This document shows positions 46,241-55,808 of a stretch of DNA of 64,000 nucleotides, one piece after another. A program made the translations under genes and the position numbers. Under the pieces are notes generated by a model. The model was not told where the DNA came from, ran no database searches, and saw only the letters and a program-made list of their open reading frames with translations. Origin of the DNA: Isoptericola halotolerans (GTDB taxonomy: Bacteria > Actinomycetota > Actinomycetes > Actinomycetales > Cellulomonadaceae); contig NZ_JABEZU010000003.1 in assembly GCF_013149785.1 (NCBI RefSeq), positions 434,001 to 498,000 of the forward strand, in the 5' to 3' direction. Positions within the stretch are counted from its first letter, which is position 1. Each line of letters opens with the position of its first letter.

Positions 46241-47442
46241 TGGACTTCTCCCCCGACGACCGCACGAGCGAGCTGACCGACCAGGTCCGTGCGTTCCTGC
46301 ACGACCACGTCCTGCCCGCCGAGCCCGTCCTGGACGCCCAGCTCGCCGCGACCCCCGACCAGTGGTCCTTCCGGCCCGTGGTCGACGAGCTCCGCGCGAA
46401 GGCCCGCGCCGAGGGCCTGTGGAACCTCTTCCTGCCGTCGCAGCGCGGCGCGGGCCTGACCAACCTGCAGTACGCACCGCTGGCCGAGCTCACCGGCTGG
46501 AGCACCCGCCTGGCACCGGTTGCGCTCAACTGCGCCGCCCCGGACACCGGGAACATGGAGCTCCTCACGGAGTTCGGCACCGCGGCGCAGCAGGAGCGCT
46601 GGCTCGCCCCGCTGCTCGAGGCCGAGATCCGCTCCGCGTTCTGCATGACCGAGCCCGACGTCGCCTCCTCGGACGCCTCCCAGATCGGCACGCGCATCCG
46701 TCGCGACGGCGACGAGTACGTGATCGACGGCCGCAAGTGGTGGTCGACCGGCGCCATGAGCCCCGACTGCCGGCTGCTCATCGTCATGGGCAAGACCGAC
46801 CCGGCGGCGGCGAAGCACCAGCAGCAGTCGATGATGCTCGTGCCGCGGGAGACCCCCGGCGTCCGGATCGTCCGCCCGTTGACGGTCTTCGGGTACGACG
46901 ACCGCGACCACGGCGGCCATGCCGAGATCGAGTTCGACGACGTCCGCGTGCCCGCCGAGAACCTGCTCGGCACCGAGGGCGGCGGCTTCGCGATGGCCCA
47001 GGCCCGGCTGGGCCCCGGCCGGATCCACCACTGCATGCGCGCCCTCGGCACGGCCGAGCGGGCGCTCGCGCTCGCGGGCGAGCGCGCGCGGAGCCGCTCC
47101 ACGTTCGGTGTGCCGCTGTCCGAGCAGGGCGTGGTCCGCCAGTGGGTCGCCGAGGCGCGCGTCGAGCTGGAGGCGCTGCGCCTGCTCGTGCTCAAGACCG
47201 CCTGGCTGATGGACACCGTGGGCAACCGCCGGGCCATGACGGAGATCCAGGCCATCAAGATCGCAGTGCCCCGTGCCGTCCAGCAGATCCTCGACCGGGT
47301 GATGCAGGTCTTCGGCGCCGCCGGCCTCTCCGGCGACCAGCCGCTGGCCGAGATGTTCGCCGGCGCCCGCGCCCTGCGGATCGCGGACGGCCCGGACGAG
47401 GTGCATCTGGCCTCGCTGGGCCGACGTCAGCTGCGCGCCTGA
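46240..47442 (+). CDS. Acyl-CoA dehydrogenase (ACAD10/11, FadE2 or LvaC-like)
   Basis: GLWNLFLP, NCAAPDTGNME, FCMTEPDVASSDA, AQARLGPGRIHHCMR, RIADGPDEVH; TGATG coupling. Confidence 0.93.
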   Translation: MDFSPDDRTSELTDQVRAFLHDHVLPAEPVLDAQLAATPDQWSFRPVVDELRAKARAEGLWNLFLPSQRGAGLTNLQYAPLAELTGWSTRLAPVALNCAAPDTGNMELLTEFGTAAQQERWLAPLLEAEIRSAFCMTEPDVASSDASQIGTRIRRDGDEYVIDGRKWWSTGAMSPDCRLLIVMGKTDPAAAKHQQQSMMLVPRETPGVRIVRPLTVFGYDDRDHGGHAEIEFDDVRVPAENLLGTEGGGFAMAQARLGPGRIHHCMRALGTAERALALAGERARSRSTFGVPLSEQGVVRQWVAEARVELEALRLLVLKTAWLMDTVGNRRAMTEIQAIKIAVPRAVQQILDRVMQVFGAAGLSGDQPLAEMFAGARALRIADGPDEVHLASLGRRQLRA

Positions 47443-47456
47443 ACAGCCACCGCCGT

Positions 47457-47505
47457 ACGGCACGACGGCCCGCCTCCCCGATCGGGAGGCGGGCCGTCGT
47501 GCCGT
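47457..47505. terminator. Hairpin between convergent operons
   Basis: Perfect 22-bp stem with a 5-nt loop. Confidence 0.8.
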
Positions 47506-47515
47506 GCGGTTCAGG

Positions 47516-48808
47516 TCACTCGGAGGGCACACCGTCGTTGGTCAGCGGCACGTGCTGCGGCTCGACAGGCGTCACGGCACCGTCCGCCACACGGTAGGCC
47601 GCGCCCTCGACGAAGTCCTGCACGCCGGCGTCGACGACGGCGATCTGCACGCTGTCGTACGCGGCGTGGTTGTCCGCCGAGTAGGTCAGCGGGAAGCTCC
47701 CGTTGCCGACGAGCTCGCCGGACTCGATCACCTCGAGCAGCGCCTCCCGGGTGGGGTCCTCGCCCGCCTTGAGCAGGGCCTCGGCGAAGGTGTAGCCGAC
47801 GCTCATGCCGTAGACGACGTTGCCGTCGAAGATCGCGCCGCCGTTGTACTCGGCGTTGATCTCCTCGAACAGCTCGGTCCACTCGTTGCCCGGCGCGTTC
47901 TGCAGGTAGTTGAGCGACACGAAGCCCTGCAGCAGCTGCGGTGCGACGTCCTCACCCAGGAGCTCCACCAGGGTCGGGTAGTCCCCGCCCGACGACGACG
48001 CACCCCACTGCGGGAAGTAGCCCATCTGGGCCGCGGTCCCCACCGACAGCGCTGTGAAGCCGTTGATGGTGGCGAGCAGGTTCACCTCGCAGCCCGCGGC
48101 CTGCATGGCACCGAGCTGCGCCGTGACGTCCTGGTTCGACGTCGAGTAGGTCTGGTACTCGCTGACGCCGTCCTCGCCGGTCGCGATCTTCACGCCGGCG
48201 AGGAAGGACTCGCCGAAGTCGTCGTCCTGGCCGAGCACGCAGACCACGGCGTCGGGGTCGGCGTCGAGGAAGTGCTGTGCGAGTGCCGCACCCTCGACGA
48301 CGTAGTCGACGTTGAAGGCGAAGGTGTACGGGTACTCCTCGGGCTGGTTCCACAGCTCCGCGCCCGAGGCGACGAACAGGTCGGGTACCTCGTTCTGGTT
48401 GAGGAAGTCCAGCACCGAGGAGTGCGGGGGGGTCCCCAGCCCGTTGAGGAGCGCGAAGACCTCGTCCTGCTGGACGAGCTCGCGCACCACGGTCTGCGTG
48501 TTCGCCGGGTTGTACCCGTCGTCCTTGACGAGGTACTCGATGGTGCGCCCGTGGATGCCGCCGTTGTCGTTGAGGTAGTCGAAGTACGCCTTCGTCGCGG
48601 CGGAGATGCCGGCGTACCCCGACGCGGCCGGGCCGGTCAGCGGCTGATGGGTCCCGATGGTGATCGAGTCCTCCGCGACGCCGGGGGCGGCCTCGTCGGC
48701 TCCGCCGCAGGCGGACAGGACGAACCCGACGGCGACGGCACTCGATGCCGCCGCGACGGTGCGCACGCGGTGGCGTGCAGGGGTGGGAGTGGTCCGCATG
48801 GGAGTCAC
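47516..48808 (-). CDS. ABC substrate-binding lipoprotein (Liv/HAAT type)
   Basis: LSA-C lipobox, PLTGPA, NGGIHGRTI, DDGYNPA. Confidence 0.92.
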   Translation of the reverse strand: MTPMRTTPTPARHRVRTVAAASSAVAVGFVLSACGGADEAAPGVAEDSITIGTHQPLTGPAASGYAGISAATKAYFDYLNDNGGIHGRTIEYLVKDDGYNPANTQTVVRELVQQDEVFALLNGLGTPPHSSVLDFLNQNEVPDLFVASGAELWNQPEEYPYTFAFNVDYVVEGAALAQHFLDADPDAVVCVLGQDDDFGESFLAGVKIATGEDGVSEYQTYSTSNQDVTAQLGAMQAAGCEVNLLATINGFTALSVGTAAQMGYFPQWGASSSGGDYPTLVELLGEDVAPQLLQGFVSLNYLQNAPGNEWTELFEEINAEYNGGAIFDGNVVYGMSVGYTFAEALLKAGEDPTREALLEVIESGELVGNGSFPLTYSADNHAAYDSVQIAVVDAGVQDFVEGAAYRVADGAVTPVEPQHVPLTNDGVPSE

Positions 48809-49881
48809 CTCTCTGTGAGCGATTGCGGTGCGGGCTGGTCGACCCGGGGTCGGAAGCGGTCGACCAGTGAGGAGAAGCGGCCGGAGAGGGCGTTCGAGAG
48901 CCCGCCCGGCCAGACGATCGTCACGAGGACGAGCAGCGCGCCGAAGACGAGGACGACCAGGTCTCCGGACAGTCGCTGCTCAAGCTCGGTGGACAGGCCC
49001 ATGGCCCCGGTGGCCGTGTCGATGAGCCAGGGCAGCAGGACGACGAGGAAGGCTCCCACCGCCGCCCCCACCAGGCTGCCGAGACCACCGACGACGACGG
49101 CCACGAGCAGCAGCAGGGAGAAGTTGAGGTCGTAGGCGCCCGGGCTGACGTTCTGGGTGAGGACGGCCAGCACGGCGCCTCCCAGGCCCGCCGAGAGCGC
49201 GCCGACGACGAAGGCACCGGTCTTGACCCGTGCCGGTGAGACACCGGCGAGCTTCGCCGCCACCTCGTCGCCGTGCACGGCCCGCATGCGCATGCCGGTG
49301 CGCCCGGTGCGGATGATCGCCAGCGGCGTGACCGCCAGCAGCGCGATGACGACCGCGATCCAGGCGTGCCACTGCTCGACGCCGACCAGTGGCCGCAGCC
49401 CGTCGGGCACACCCACGAACGGCACCCGCATGCCCTGGTCGCCGCCCAGGCCGGGGATCTGCGAGGTGAAGGCCGGCAGCGCGATGACCAGCGCCAGCGT
49501 CAGTCCCGCGAGGTAGGGCCCCTTGAGCCTGGCGCCGGCCAGTCCCAGCAGGCCGCCGACCACCCCGGCCAGGGCGAGCGCCCCGAGGAGGCCGGCGAGC
49601 AGCGGGAGAGGCCCGCCGATCCCGGCGGCGGACATCGGTCCGGCGACCAGCGCATACCCGTAGCCGCCGGCCGCCATCAGGACGGCGTGGCCGAGCGAGA
49701 GCTGACCGGTCAGCCCGATGAGCAGCGTCAGGCCCGCCGTCGCGCAGAAGACGGCCGCGACGAAGGCCAGCTGATAGTTCTGGTAAGGGCTCAGGACGAA
49801 GGTGACGGCGACCGCGACCGCGGCCAGACCGATGCCGCGCAGGGCGATCTTCTGGATCCTGGACAGGTTCTTGATGGTCAT
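48805..49881 (-). CDS. ABC permease (LivM-like)
   Basis: GLTGQLSLGH, LKGPYLAGLTL, VVGGLGSLVG. Confidence 0.92.
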   Translation of the reverse strand: MTIKNLSRIQKIALRGIGLAAVAVAVTFVLSPYQNYQLAFVAAVFCATAGLTLLIGLTGQLSLGHAVLMAAGGYGYALVAGPMSAAGIGGPLPLLAGLLGALALAGVVGGLLGLAGARLKGPYLAGLTLALVIALPAFTSQIPGLGGDQGMRVPFVGVPDGLRPLVGVEQWHAWIAVVIALLAVTPLAIIRTGRTGMRMRAVHGDEVAAKLAGVSPARVKTGAFVVGALSAGLGGAVLAVLTQNVSPGAYDLNFSLLLLVAVVVGGLGSLVGAAVGAFLVVLLPWLIDTATGAMGLSTELEQRLSGDLVVLVFGALLVLVTIVWPGGLSNALSGRFSSLVDRFRPRVDQPAPQSLTER

Positions 49882-50756
49882 GCCGCTCGGGCCTCCTTGA
49901 CCGCGAAGATGCCGCCGGGTCGCACCAGCAGGACGAGCGTGAGCAGCGCGAGCACGGCGATCGGCGCCATCCCTGCTCCGAGGAACCCGGTCACGAGAGT
50001 GATGAGGACGCCGACGGCCACTCCCCCGACGATCGCGCCGACCGGCGAGTCGAGCCCGCCCAGGACGGCGACGGTGAAGGCGTGGACGAACAGGATGTCG
50101 GCGCTGTGGGCGTTGAGACCGAGCTCGGTGGGGATCAGCAGCAGCACTGCGACGGCCGCGACGGCCGACGACAGCATCCAGCCGATCGTCACCATCCGCG
50201 GTACCCGGATCCCGAGCAGCCGGGACACCTCCGGTGCGGTCGCCGCAGCGCGCAGCTGCAGGCCCAGCGTGGTGCGGTTGAACAGCACGGCCAGGGCCAC
50301 GACGATGCCGAGGGCGAGCAGCAGCACGAACAGGTCGTACGGCGAGAGCACCGCGACGTCACCGACGTACAGCGGCTCACGGCTGAACGGCGCCCGCATG
50401 GGCACGTGCCGCGGGCCGAAGAGGATGCCGATCACGGAGTGCAGGATCATGACCAGCCCGATCGCGACGATCATGCCGGGCAGCGGGTTGTCGCGCGGCA
50501 CGCGCCGGATCAGCCACCGTTCGACGGCGAACCCGACGAGCATGCCGGTCACGACGGCCGCGACCAGGGCGAGCCAGTACGAGCCGGTCCACGTGACGAC
50601 GGCGTAGGCGACGTACACCGCCACGGTCGCCATGGCGGCCTGTGCGAAGTTCACGATGCGGGCGGCACGCCAGATGATGACGAGGGACAGGGCGAAGAGC
50701 GCGATGACGAGACCGCGCGCGAGGCCGGTGGCGAGGAGGAAGGCGAGACGGTCCAT
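49878..50756 (-). CDS. ABC permease (LivH-like)
   Basis: IVNFAQ, TTLGLQLRA, AVLGGLDS, RPGGIF. Confidence 0.92.
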   Translation of the reverse strand: MDRLAFLLATGLARGLVIALFALSLVIIWRAARIVNFAQAAMATVAVYVAYAVVTWTGSYWLALVAAVVTGMLVGFAVERWLIRRVPRDNPLPGMIVAIGLVMILHSVIGILFGPRHVPMRAPFSREPLYVGDVAVLSPYDLFVLLLALGIVVALAVLFNRTTLGLQLRAAATAPEVSRLLGIRVPRMVTIGWMLSSAVAAVAVLLLIPTELGLNAHSADILFVHAFTVAVLGGLDSPVGAIVGGVAVGVLITLVTGFLGAGMAPIAVLALLTLVLLVRPGGIFAVKEARAA

Positions 50757-51523
50757 CAGAACCCCAGGTAGGCGTGCCGGAGGGCAGGGTCGGCGGCGAT
50801 CTTCTCCGCCGGGGCGTCGGCGACGATCGCCCCGAGGGAGACGACGACGCCGCGGTCGGCGATCGACAGCGCGCTGGTGACGTTCTGCTCGGCGAGCAGC
50901 ACCGTCAGGCCGGTCCGTTCGGCCGCGTCCCGCAGGATGGCGAACAGCTGGGCCACCACCCGCGGGGCGAGGCCGAGCGACGGCTCGTCGAGCAGCAGCA
51001 CGCGAGGGCGGGCGATGAGCGCCCGGGCCAGCGCGAGCATCTGTCGTTCCCCGCCCGATAGCTGGTGCCCCAGACTGGCCCGCCGGCGCGCCAGCGGTTC
51101 GAACGTCTGGTACATCTCGTCCACGGCGGCCCTGCGCGCCTTGGTCCCCGGCAACCGCCAGAGGCCGCCGAGATGCAGGTTCTCGTCCACGGTCAGCTCG
51201 GTGACGATGCTGTGACCTTCGGGGACCTGGGCGAGACCACGGCGTGCGCGGTCCTCGACGGTGGTCTGCGTGACGTCCTCGCCATCGAGCCGGACCCGAC
51301 CGCTGCGCGGCGCGACCAGACCGGAGACGGTCCGCAGAAGGGTCGTCTTGCCGGCACCGTTGGCGCCCAGCAGGGCGACGACCTGGCCGGGGGGCAGCCT
51401 GAGCTGCATGCCGTCGATGACCGGGGCCCCGGAGTACCCGACGACGAGACCTTCGACGGCCAGCATCGCTGGTGTCGTCCCGTGCGAGGTCACAGCCTCG
51501 GCGGCGCGTGCGTCGGCGGTCAT
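50756..51523 (-). CDS. ABC ATPase (LivF-like)
   Basis: GANGAGKT, LSGGERQMLA, LLDEPSLGLAP. Confidence 0.93.
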   Translation of the reverse strand: MTADARAAEAVTSHGTTPAMLAVEGLVVGYSGAPVIDGMQLRLPPGQVVALLGANGAGKTTLLRTVSGLVAPRSGRVRLDGEDVTQTTVEDRARRGLAQVPEGHSIVTELTVDENLHLGGLWRLPGTKARRAAVDEMYQTFEPLARRRASLGHQLSGGERQMLALARALIARPRVLLLDEPSLGLAPRVVAQLFAILRDAAERTGLTVLLAEQNVTSALSIADRGVVVSLGAIVADAPAEKIAADPALRHAYLGF

Positions 51524-52251
51524 GCGGCTGCCTCCAGCCCCAGGTACGCGGCTTCGACGGCCGGGTCGTGACGCACCTCGTCGGGGGTCCCGCACGCCAC
51601 GACCCGGCCGAAGTCCAGGACCACCACGCGGTCCGCCACCTCCATCACGAAGTCGACGTGGTGCTCGACCAGGAGCACGGAGCACCCCTGACCGGCCAGC
51701 CCGCGGACGGTCTCGGCCAGGGCGTCGATGTCCTCGCTGCCCAGCCCGCCGGCAGGCTCGTCGAGCAGGAGCAGGCGAGGGTCGGTGACAAGGGCCCTCG
51801 CCAGCGCGACGCGCTTGCGCTCGGGATAGGGCAGGGAGGCCACAGGGCTGCGCGCGTGCTCGGCGAGCCCGAGCCGGGCCAGCGTCCGTCGCGCCTTGCC
51901 GAGCCTCTGCTCGGCACCGAGGTCGAGGCTCGACAGCGGCACGAGAAGGTTCTCGACGACGCTCATGGACTCGAACAGACCCAGTCCCTGCAGGGTGCGT
52001 GAGACCTTGCGGGCGGACAGCCCAGTGGTCGACGACGGCGCCGGCTCACCGTTGATCCGGATGGTTCCGGAGCGGGGCCGCAGCAGTGCGCAGACGGCGT
52101 TGAACACCGTCGTCTTGCCGGCGCCGTTGGGGCCGATCAGGGCGACCGTCTCGGCCTCGCCCACGGTGAAGCTGACATCGTCGAGAGCGGTGAGGCCGCC
52201 GAAGGCGACCGTCAGGCCGTCGATCTCGAGTCGGGGGATCGTGCTGGACAT
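51520..52251 (-). CDS. ABC ATPase (LivG-like)
   Basis: FGGLTAL, GPNGAGKT, LLDEPAGG, VEAAYLG. Confidence 0.93.
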   Translation of the reverse strand: MSSTIPRLEIDGLTVAFGGLTALDDVSFTVGEAETVALIGPNGAGKTTVFNAVCALLRPRSGTIRINGEPAPSSTTGLSARKVSRTLQGLGLFESMSVVENLLVPLSSLDLGAEQRLGKARRTLARLGLAEHARSPVASLPYPERKRVALARALVTDPRLLLLDEPAGGLGSEDIDALAETVRGLAGQGCSVLLVEHHVDFVMEVADRVVVLDFGRVVACGTPDEVRHDPAVEAAYLGLEAAA

Positions 52252-52290
52252 CGGCACCTCTTCGTGTCGGGTGCGTCAAACCCTAGCGCA

Positions 52291-52310
52291 TAAACCGACT
52301 GGCCGGTATG
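52291..52310. promoter_or_regulatory. Shared palindromic operator, copy 3
   Basis: Minus strand CATACCGGCCAGTCGGTTTA, 40 bp upstream of the livG-like start. Confidence 0.7.
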
Positions 52311-52586
52311 TCATCTCGCCAGTTGTTGCACGGACGTGACGTGGAGTCGCTGGACGACGCACCAGCGCAGGGCCAGGCAGGTCCGCGCTCGACGGTTGGG
52401 CGCGCCTCATGGCTGTCGGGGAACCGCACGAGGAGGCGCTCCCCACCTCCCGCACGTGTGTCGCCGTGATGCTGGACGCGCTGTGGGAGCTGCGCCTGAC
52501 CGGGGACCGGACGACGGCCGACACCACCGTCCGCGCCTTCCTCGAGGCGAGGTGGCCCCCACCCTGACGACATCGAGCCGACTCGA

Positions 52587-53060
52587 TCAGCCCGCGGTCC
52601 GAGTCAGAGACGCCCGAGTGCGCGCCACGACCTCGTCGGACAGCGATCCCACGAGCTCGGAGATGACGACGGCACGCAGGCTCTCCCGCCAGGCGAGGTA
52701 GGCCTCGCGCATCTTCTGCGCCAGGAGGCATGGCTCGATGCACTCCTCGGGAGGCGCTGCTCCGCGGCCCTGCTGGCGGATCTCGTGGCAGGTGTAGGGG
52801 TCGGCCGACCCGCCGATGGCCTCGACCACGTCCAGGAGCGTGAGGCTCGAGGCGGAGCGAGCCAGCCTGAAACCGCCGCGGGGTCCGGTCGACGCAGACA
52901 GCACACCCGCGCGCACGAGGAGGGCGAGCTGTTTCGAGAGGTAGGGCGCGGGAAGCCCGAAGTGTTCGGCGAGCCGGCGGGCGCTGACCGCCTCGCTCGG
53001 CACCTGGGCCAACGCGGTCACGCTGTGCAAGGCCCACTCCGCACTCTCTGGCAGCTTCAT
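52587..53060 (-). CDS. Rrf2-family regulator, RsrR-like
   Basis: E8-W9-H12, YLSKQL, GPRGG, TCHEIRQ, EPC: the RsrR-type Glu/His/Cys/Cys pattern. Confidence 0.88.
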   Translation of the reverse strand: MKLPESAEWALHSVTALAQVPSEAVSARRLAEHFGLPAPYLSKQLALLVRAGVLSASTGPRGGFRLARSASSLTLLDVVEAIGGSADPYTCHEIRQQGRGAAPPEECIEPCLLAQKMREAYLAWRESLRAVVISELVGSLSDEVVARTRASLTRTAG

Positions 53061-53123
53061 CGTGCCATCCTACCTATTGCCACTATCATCGACCCTGGAT
53101 ATCCGTATTTGAGGAGGAGAGCC

Positions 53124-53876
53124 ATGCGAGTAGCCGTCGTCGGTGCGACGGGGCGGATCGGGCGCCTGGTCCACAGCGCGCTGGAGCGCCATCACCACGA
53201 TGTCGTACCGGTCAGCCGTGCGCGCGGCGTCGATGTCGTGACCGGGCAGGGCCTGAACGACGCGCTCACCGGCGTCGAGGTCGTCGTCGACGTGACCAAC
53301 ACGACCGTCACGGACGAGCGGGCAGCCGAGGACTTCTTCCGCACCGCCACGGAGCACCTGCTCACCGCCGAGCGTTCGGCAGGCGTCAGGCACCACGTCA
53401 TCCTGTCGATCGCCGGGCTGTCCCGGGTCAGGGGCAACGCTCACTACGCGGGCAAGCGAGCGCAAGAAGCCGCCGTCGTGGCGGGCGACGTTCCGTGGAC
53501 GATCGTGCCCGCGACACAGTTCCACGACTTCGCCGAGATGGTCGCCTCATGGACCGAGGAGAACGGCGTGGCTCTGGTCCCCCCGTTGCTCGTCCAGCCG
53601 GTGGCCCCATCCGACGTAGCGGAGATCCTCGCCCGCGTAGCCACCACCGATCCCCGGGGGCGGCACGTCGAGGTGGCCGGGCCCGGGCCCGAGGACCTCG
53701 TCGACATGGCGCGGCGCACCGTCGCCGCTCGCGGTCGTGATGTCCAGCTGATCCCGAGCTGGCACACGGGGATCTTCGGAGTGGAGATGGCTGGCGACGC
53801 CCTCCTCCCGTCCGAGAGCGCCCACATCGCCCCCACGTCGTTCGACGCCTGGCTCGCGGGCATCAGCCGCACGTGA
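53124..53876 (+). CDS. NmrA-like NAD(P)-binding protein
   Basis: VVGATGRIG, GVRHHVILSI, YAGK, ATQFHDF, VQPVA. Confidence 0.88.
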   Translation: MRVAVVGATGRIGRLVHSALERHHHDVVPVSRARGVDVVTGQGLNDALTGVEVVVDVTNTTVTDERAAEDFFRTATEHLLTAERSAGVRHHVILSIAGLSRVRGNAHYAGKRAQEAAVVAGDVPWTIVPATQFHDFAEMVASWTEENGVALVPPLLVQPVAPSDVAEILARVATTDPRGRHVEVAGPGPEDLVDMARRTVAARGRDVQLIPSWHTGIFGVEMAGDALLPSESAHIAPTSFDAWLAGISRT

Positions 53877-54045
53877 GCGGACGCCCCCCGCGACGCCCCG
53901 GAGCATTGTCGCAGTTTCGCCCTACCCCAGGTGGCCACGGGGCGATCCGCTACGACGTCGACGAGGCGCTGCACTCGACCTGGGACTGCTGCGCGGACAG
54001 GTGACAGCGGTGGTCCGCGGGGAGCCGCGACCTGAGTGTGATCGC

Positions 54046-54792
54046 TCAGAGGTGCCCGACGCCGTTGATCATGCCGCCGTCGACGACGATCTCGGCCCCG
54101 GTGACGTACGCCGAGGACTCCCCGGCGAGGTAGAGCACCGTCCCGGTGAGGTCCTCCGCGCGTCCACCGCGGCGCAGCGGGATGGGCAGCCCGGACGGGT
54201 CGATCTTGGCGGTCATCTCCGTGTCGATGAACCCGGGGTGCACCGAGTTGACCCGGATGCCCGCCTCGCCGAGCTCGACCGCGAGCGACTTGGTCAGGCC
54301 CCGTACCCCGAACTTCGACGCGACGTAGCCGTGCAGGTGGGTGCTGCCCCGCATCCCCTCGACCGAGGAGATGTTGATGATCGATCCTCCCCCGCCGGCC
54401 TTCATCGCCGGCACGACCGCGCGGCACCCGAGGTACGTGCCGGTGAGGTTCACGGCGATCACGGCGTCCCACTTGGCGCGCGGGTAGTGCTCGATCGGGC
54501 CGGCGTTCGCGATCCCGGCGTTGTTGACCAGCACGTCCACACCACCCCAGGCCTCCACCGTGTCCGCGACGACCTCCTGCCACCGGTCCTCGTCGGTGAC
54601 GTCGAGCGCGACGAAACGCGCCCGCTCACCCAGCTCGGCGGCCAGGGCGGAACCGGCGTCCTCGAGCAGGTCGGCGACGACCACGCGCGCACCGGCGTCG
54701 TGCAGCGCGCGGACGTAGGCAGCACCGATCCCCCGGGCCCCGCCCGTGACGACGGCGACCCGGTCGGTGAGATCGGCGAGACGACTGACCAT
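54046..54792 (-). CDS. SDR (3-alpha/20-beta-HSD-like)
   Basis: TGGARGIG, NNAGI, YVASKFGVRGLTK, NSVHPG. Confidence 0.9.
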   Translation of the reverse strand: MVSRLADLTDRVAVVTGGARGIGAAYVRALHDAGARVVVADLLEDAGSALAAELGERARFVALDVTDEDRWQEVVADTVEAWGGVDVLVNNAGIANAGPIEHYPRAKWDAVIAVNLTGTYLGCRAVVPAMKAGGGGSIINISSVEGMRGSTHLHGYVASKFGVRGLTKSLAVELGEAGIRVNSVHPGFIDTEMTAKIDPSGLPIPLRRGGRAEDLTGTVLYLAGESSAYVTGAEIVVDGGMINGVGHL

Positions 54793-54812
54793 GGCTCTCC
54801 TCCGCACAGCGC

Positions 54813-55808
54813 TCAGTCGGCGACGTGGACGACCAGGCGTCCCGTCGTCGAACCCTCGGCGAGCAGCGCGACGGCCTCGGGGGCCCGGTCGAACGGCACG
54901 ACGTCCGCCACCACGGGACGCACCGCGCCCGCCTCGGCGAGCCGGGTGAGCTCGTCGTGCGCGGCGTCGACCAGCCCCGGGTCCCGCTGCTGGTAGAGCG
55001 CCCAGTGCAGGCCCAGCACCCCGTAGTTCTTCACCAGGGCGTGGTTCGCCCGGACCGGGGGGATCTCGCCGCTGGCGAACCCGACGACCACGATCCGCCC
55101 TTCGAAGGCGATGCACTTGGTCGAGGCCTCGAAGGAGGGGCCCCCGACCGGGTCGAAGACCACGTCGGCCCCCACGCCGCCCGTGAGCTCCTTGACCTGC
55201 GCGGCGACGTCCTGCGACCGCAGCAGCACGTGCTTCGCGCCGGCAGCCCGGGCGACGTCCGCCTTGGCCTCGCTGCCGACGACCCCGATCACCGTGGCGC
55301 CCGCGGCAGCACCGAGCTGACAGGCGGCGGTGCCCACACCCCCGGCCGCAGCGTGCACGAGAAGGCTCTCCCCGGCCGCGAGACCGGCACGACGGTGCAG
55401 CCCGAACCAGGCAGTCTGGTAGGCGATGGTCAGGGCAGCAGCCTGGGCGTCGTCGAGTGGCACGGGTGCGGGGCGGCACGACGCCGCCGGGAGCACGGCG
55501 TACTCGGACAGCACCCCGATGGCCGAGCCCACGACGCGCGTGCCGACGGCGAGCCGGTCGTCGTCGACCCCCTCGCCCACCGCGACCACGTCGCCGCACA
55601 GCTCGATGCCGGGGACGAACGGGAGCTCCGGACGCACCTGGTACTGGCCGCGGGCGAGCAGGACGTCGGGGAAGTTCACGGCCACGGCACGGGTGCGCAG
55701 GAGCACCTCGCCCGCTCCGGGCTCGGGGCGGGCGACCTCGTCGAGGCGCATGACCTCGGTCGGCTCGCCGTGATCGGTGACGCGCCAGGCGCGCATGGTC
55801 CGGGTCAT
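54813..55808 (-). CDS. NADPH:quinone oxidoreductase-like MDR (possible enoyl-CoA reductase)
   Basis: VNFPDVL, PFVPGIE, HAAAGGVG, VVGFASG. Confidence 0.9.
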   Translation of the reverse strand: MTRTMRAWRVTDHGEPTEVMRLDEVARPEPGAGEVLLRTRAVAVNFPDVLLARGQYQVRPELPFVPGIELCGDVVAVGEGVDDDRLAVGTRVVGSAIGVLSEYAVLPAASCRPAPVPLDDAQAAALTIAYQTAWFGLHRRAGLAAGESLLVHAAAGGVGTAACQLGAAAGATVIGVVGSEAKADVARAAGAKHVLLRSQDVAAQVKELTGGVGADVVFDPVGGPSFEASTKCIAFEGRIVVVGFASGEIPPVRANHALVKNYGVLGLHWALYQQRDPGLVDAAHDELTRLAEAGAVRPVVADVVPFDRAPEAVALLAEGSTTGRLVVHVAD

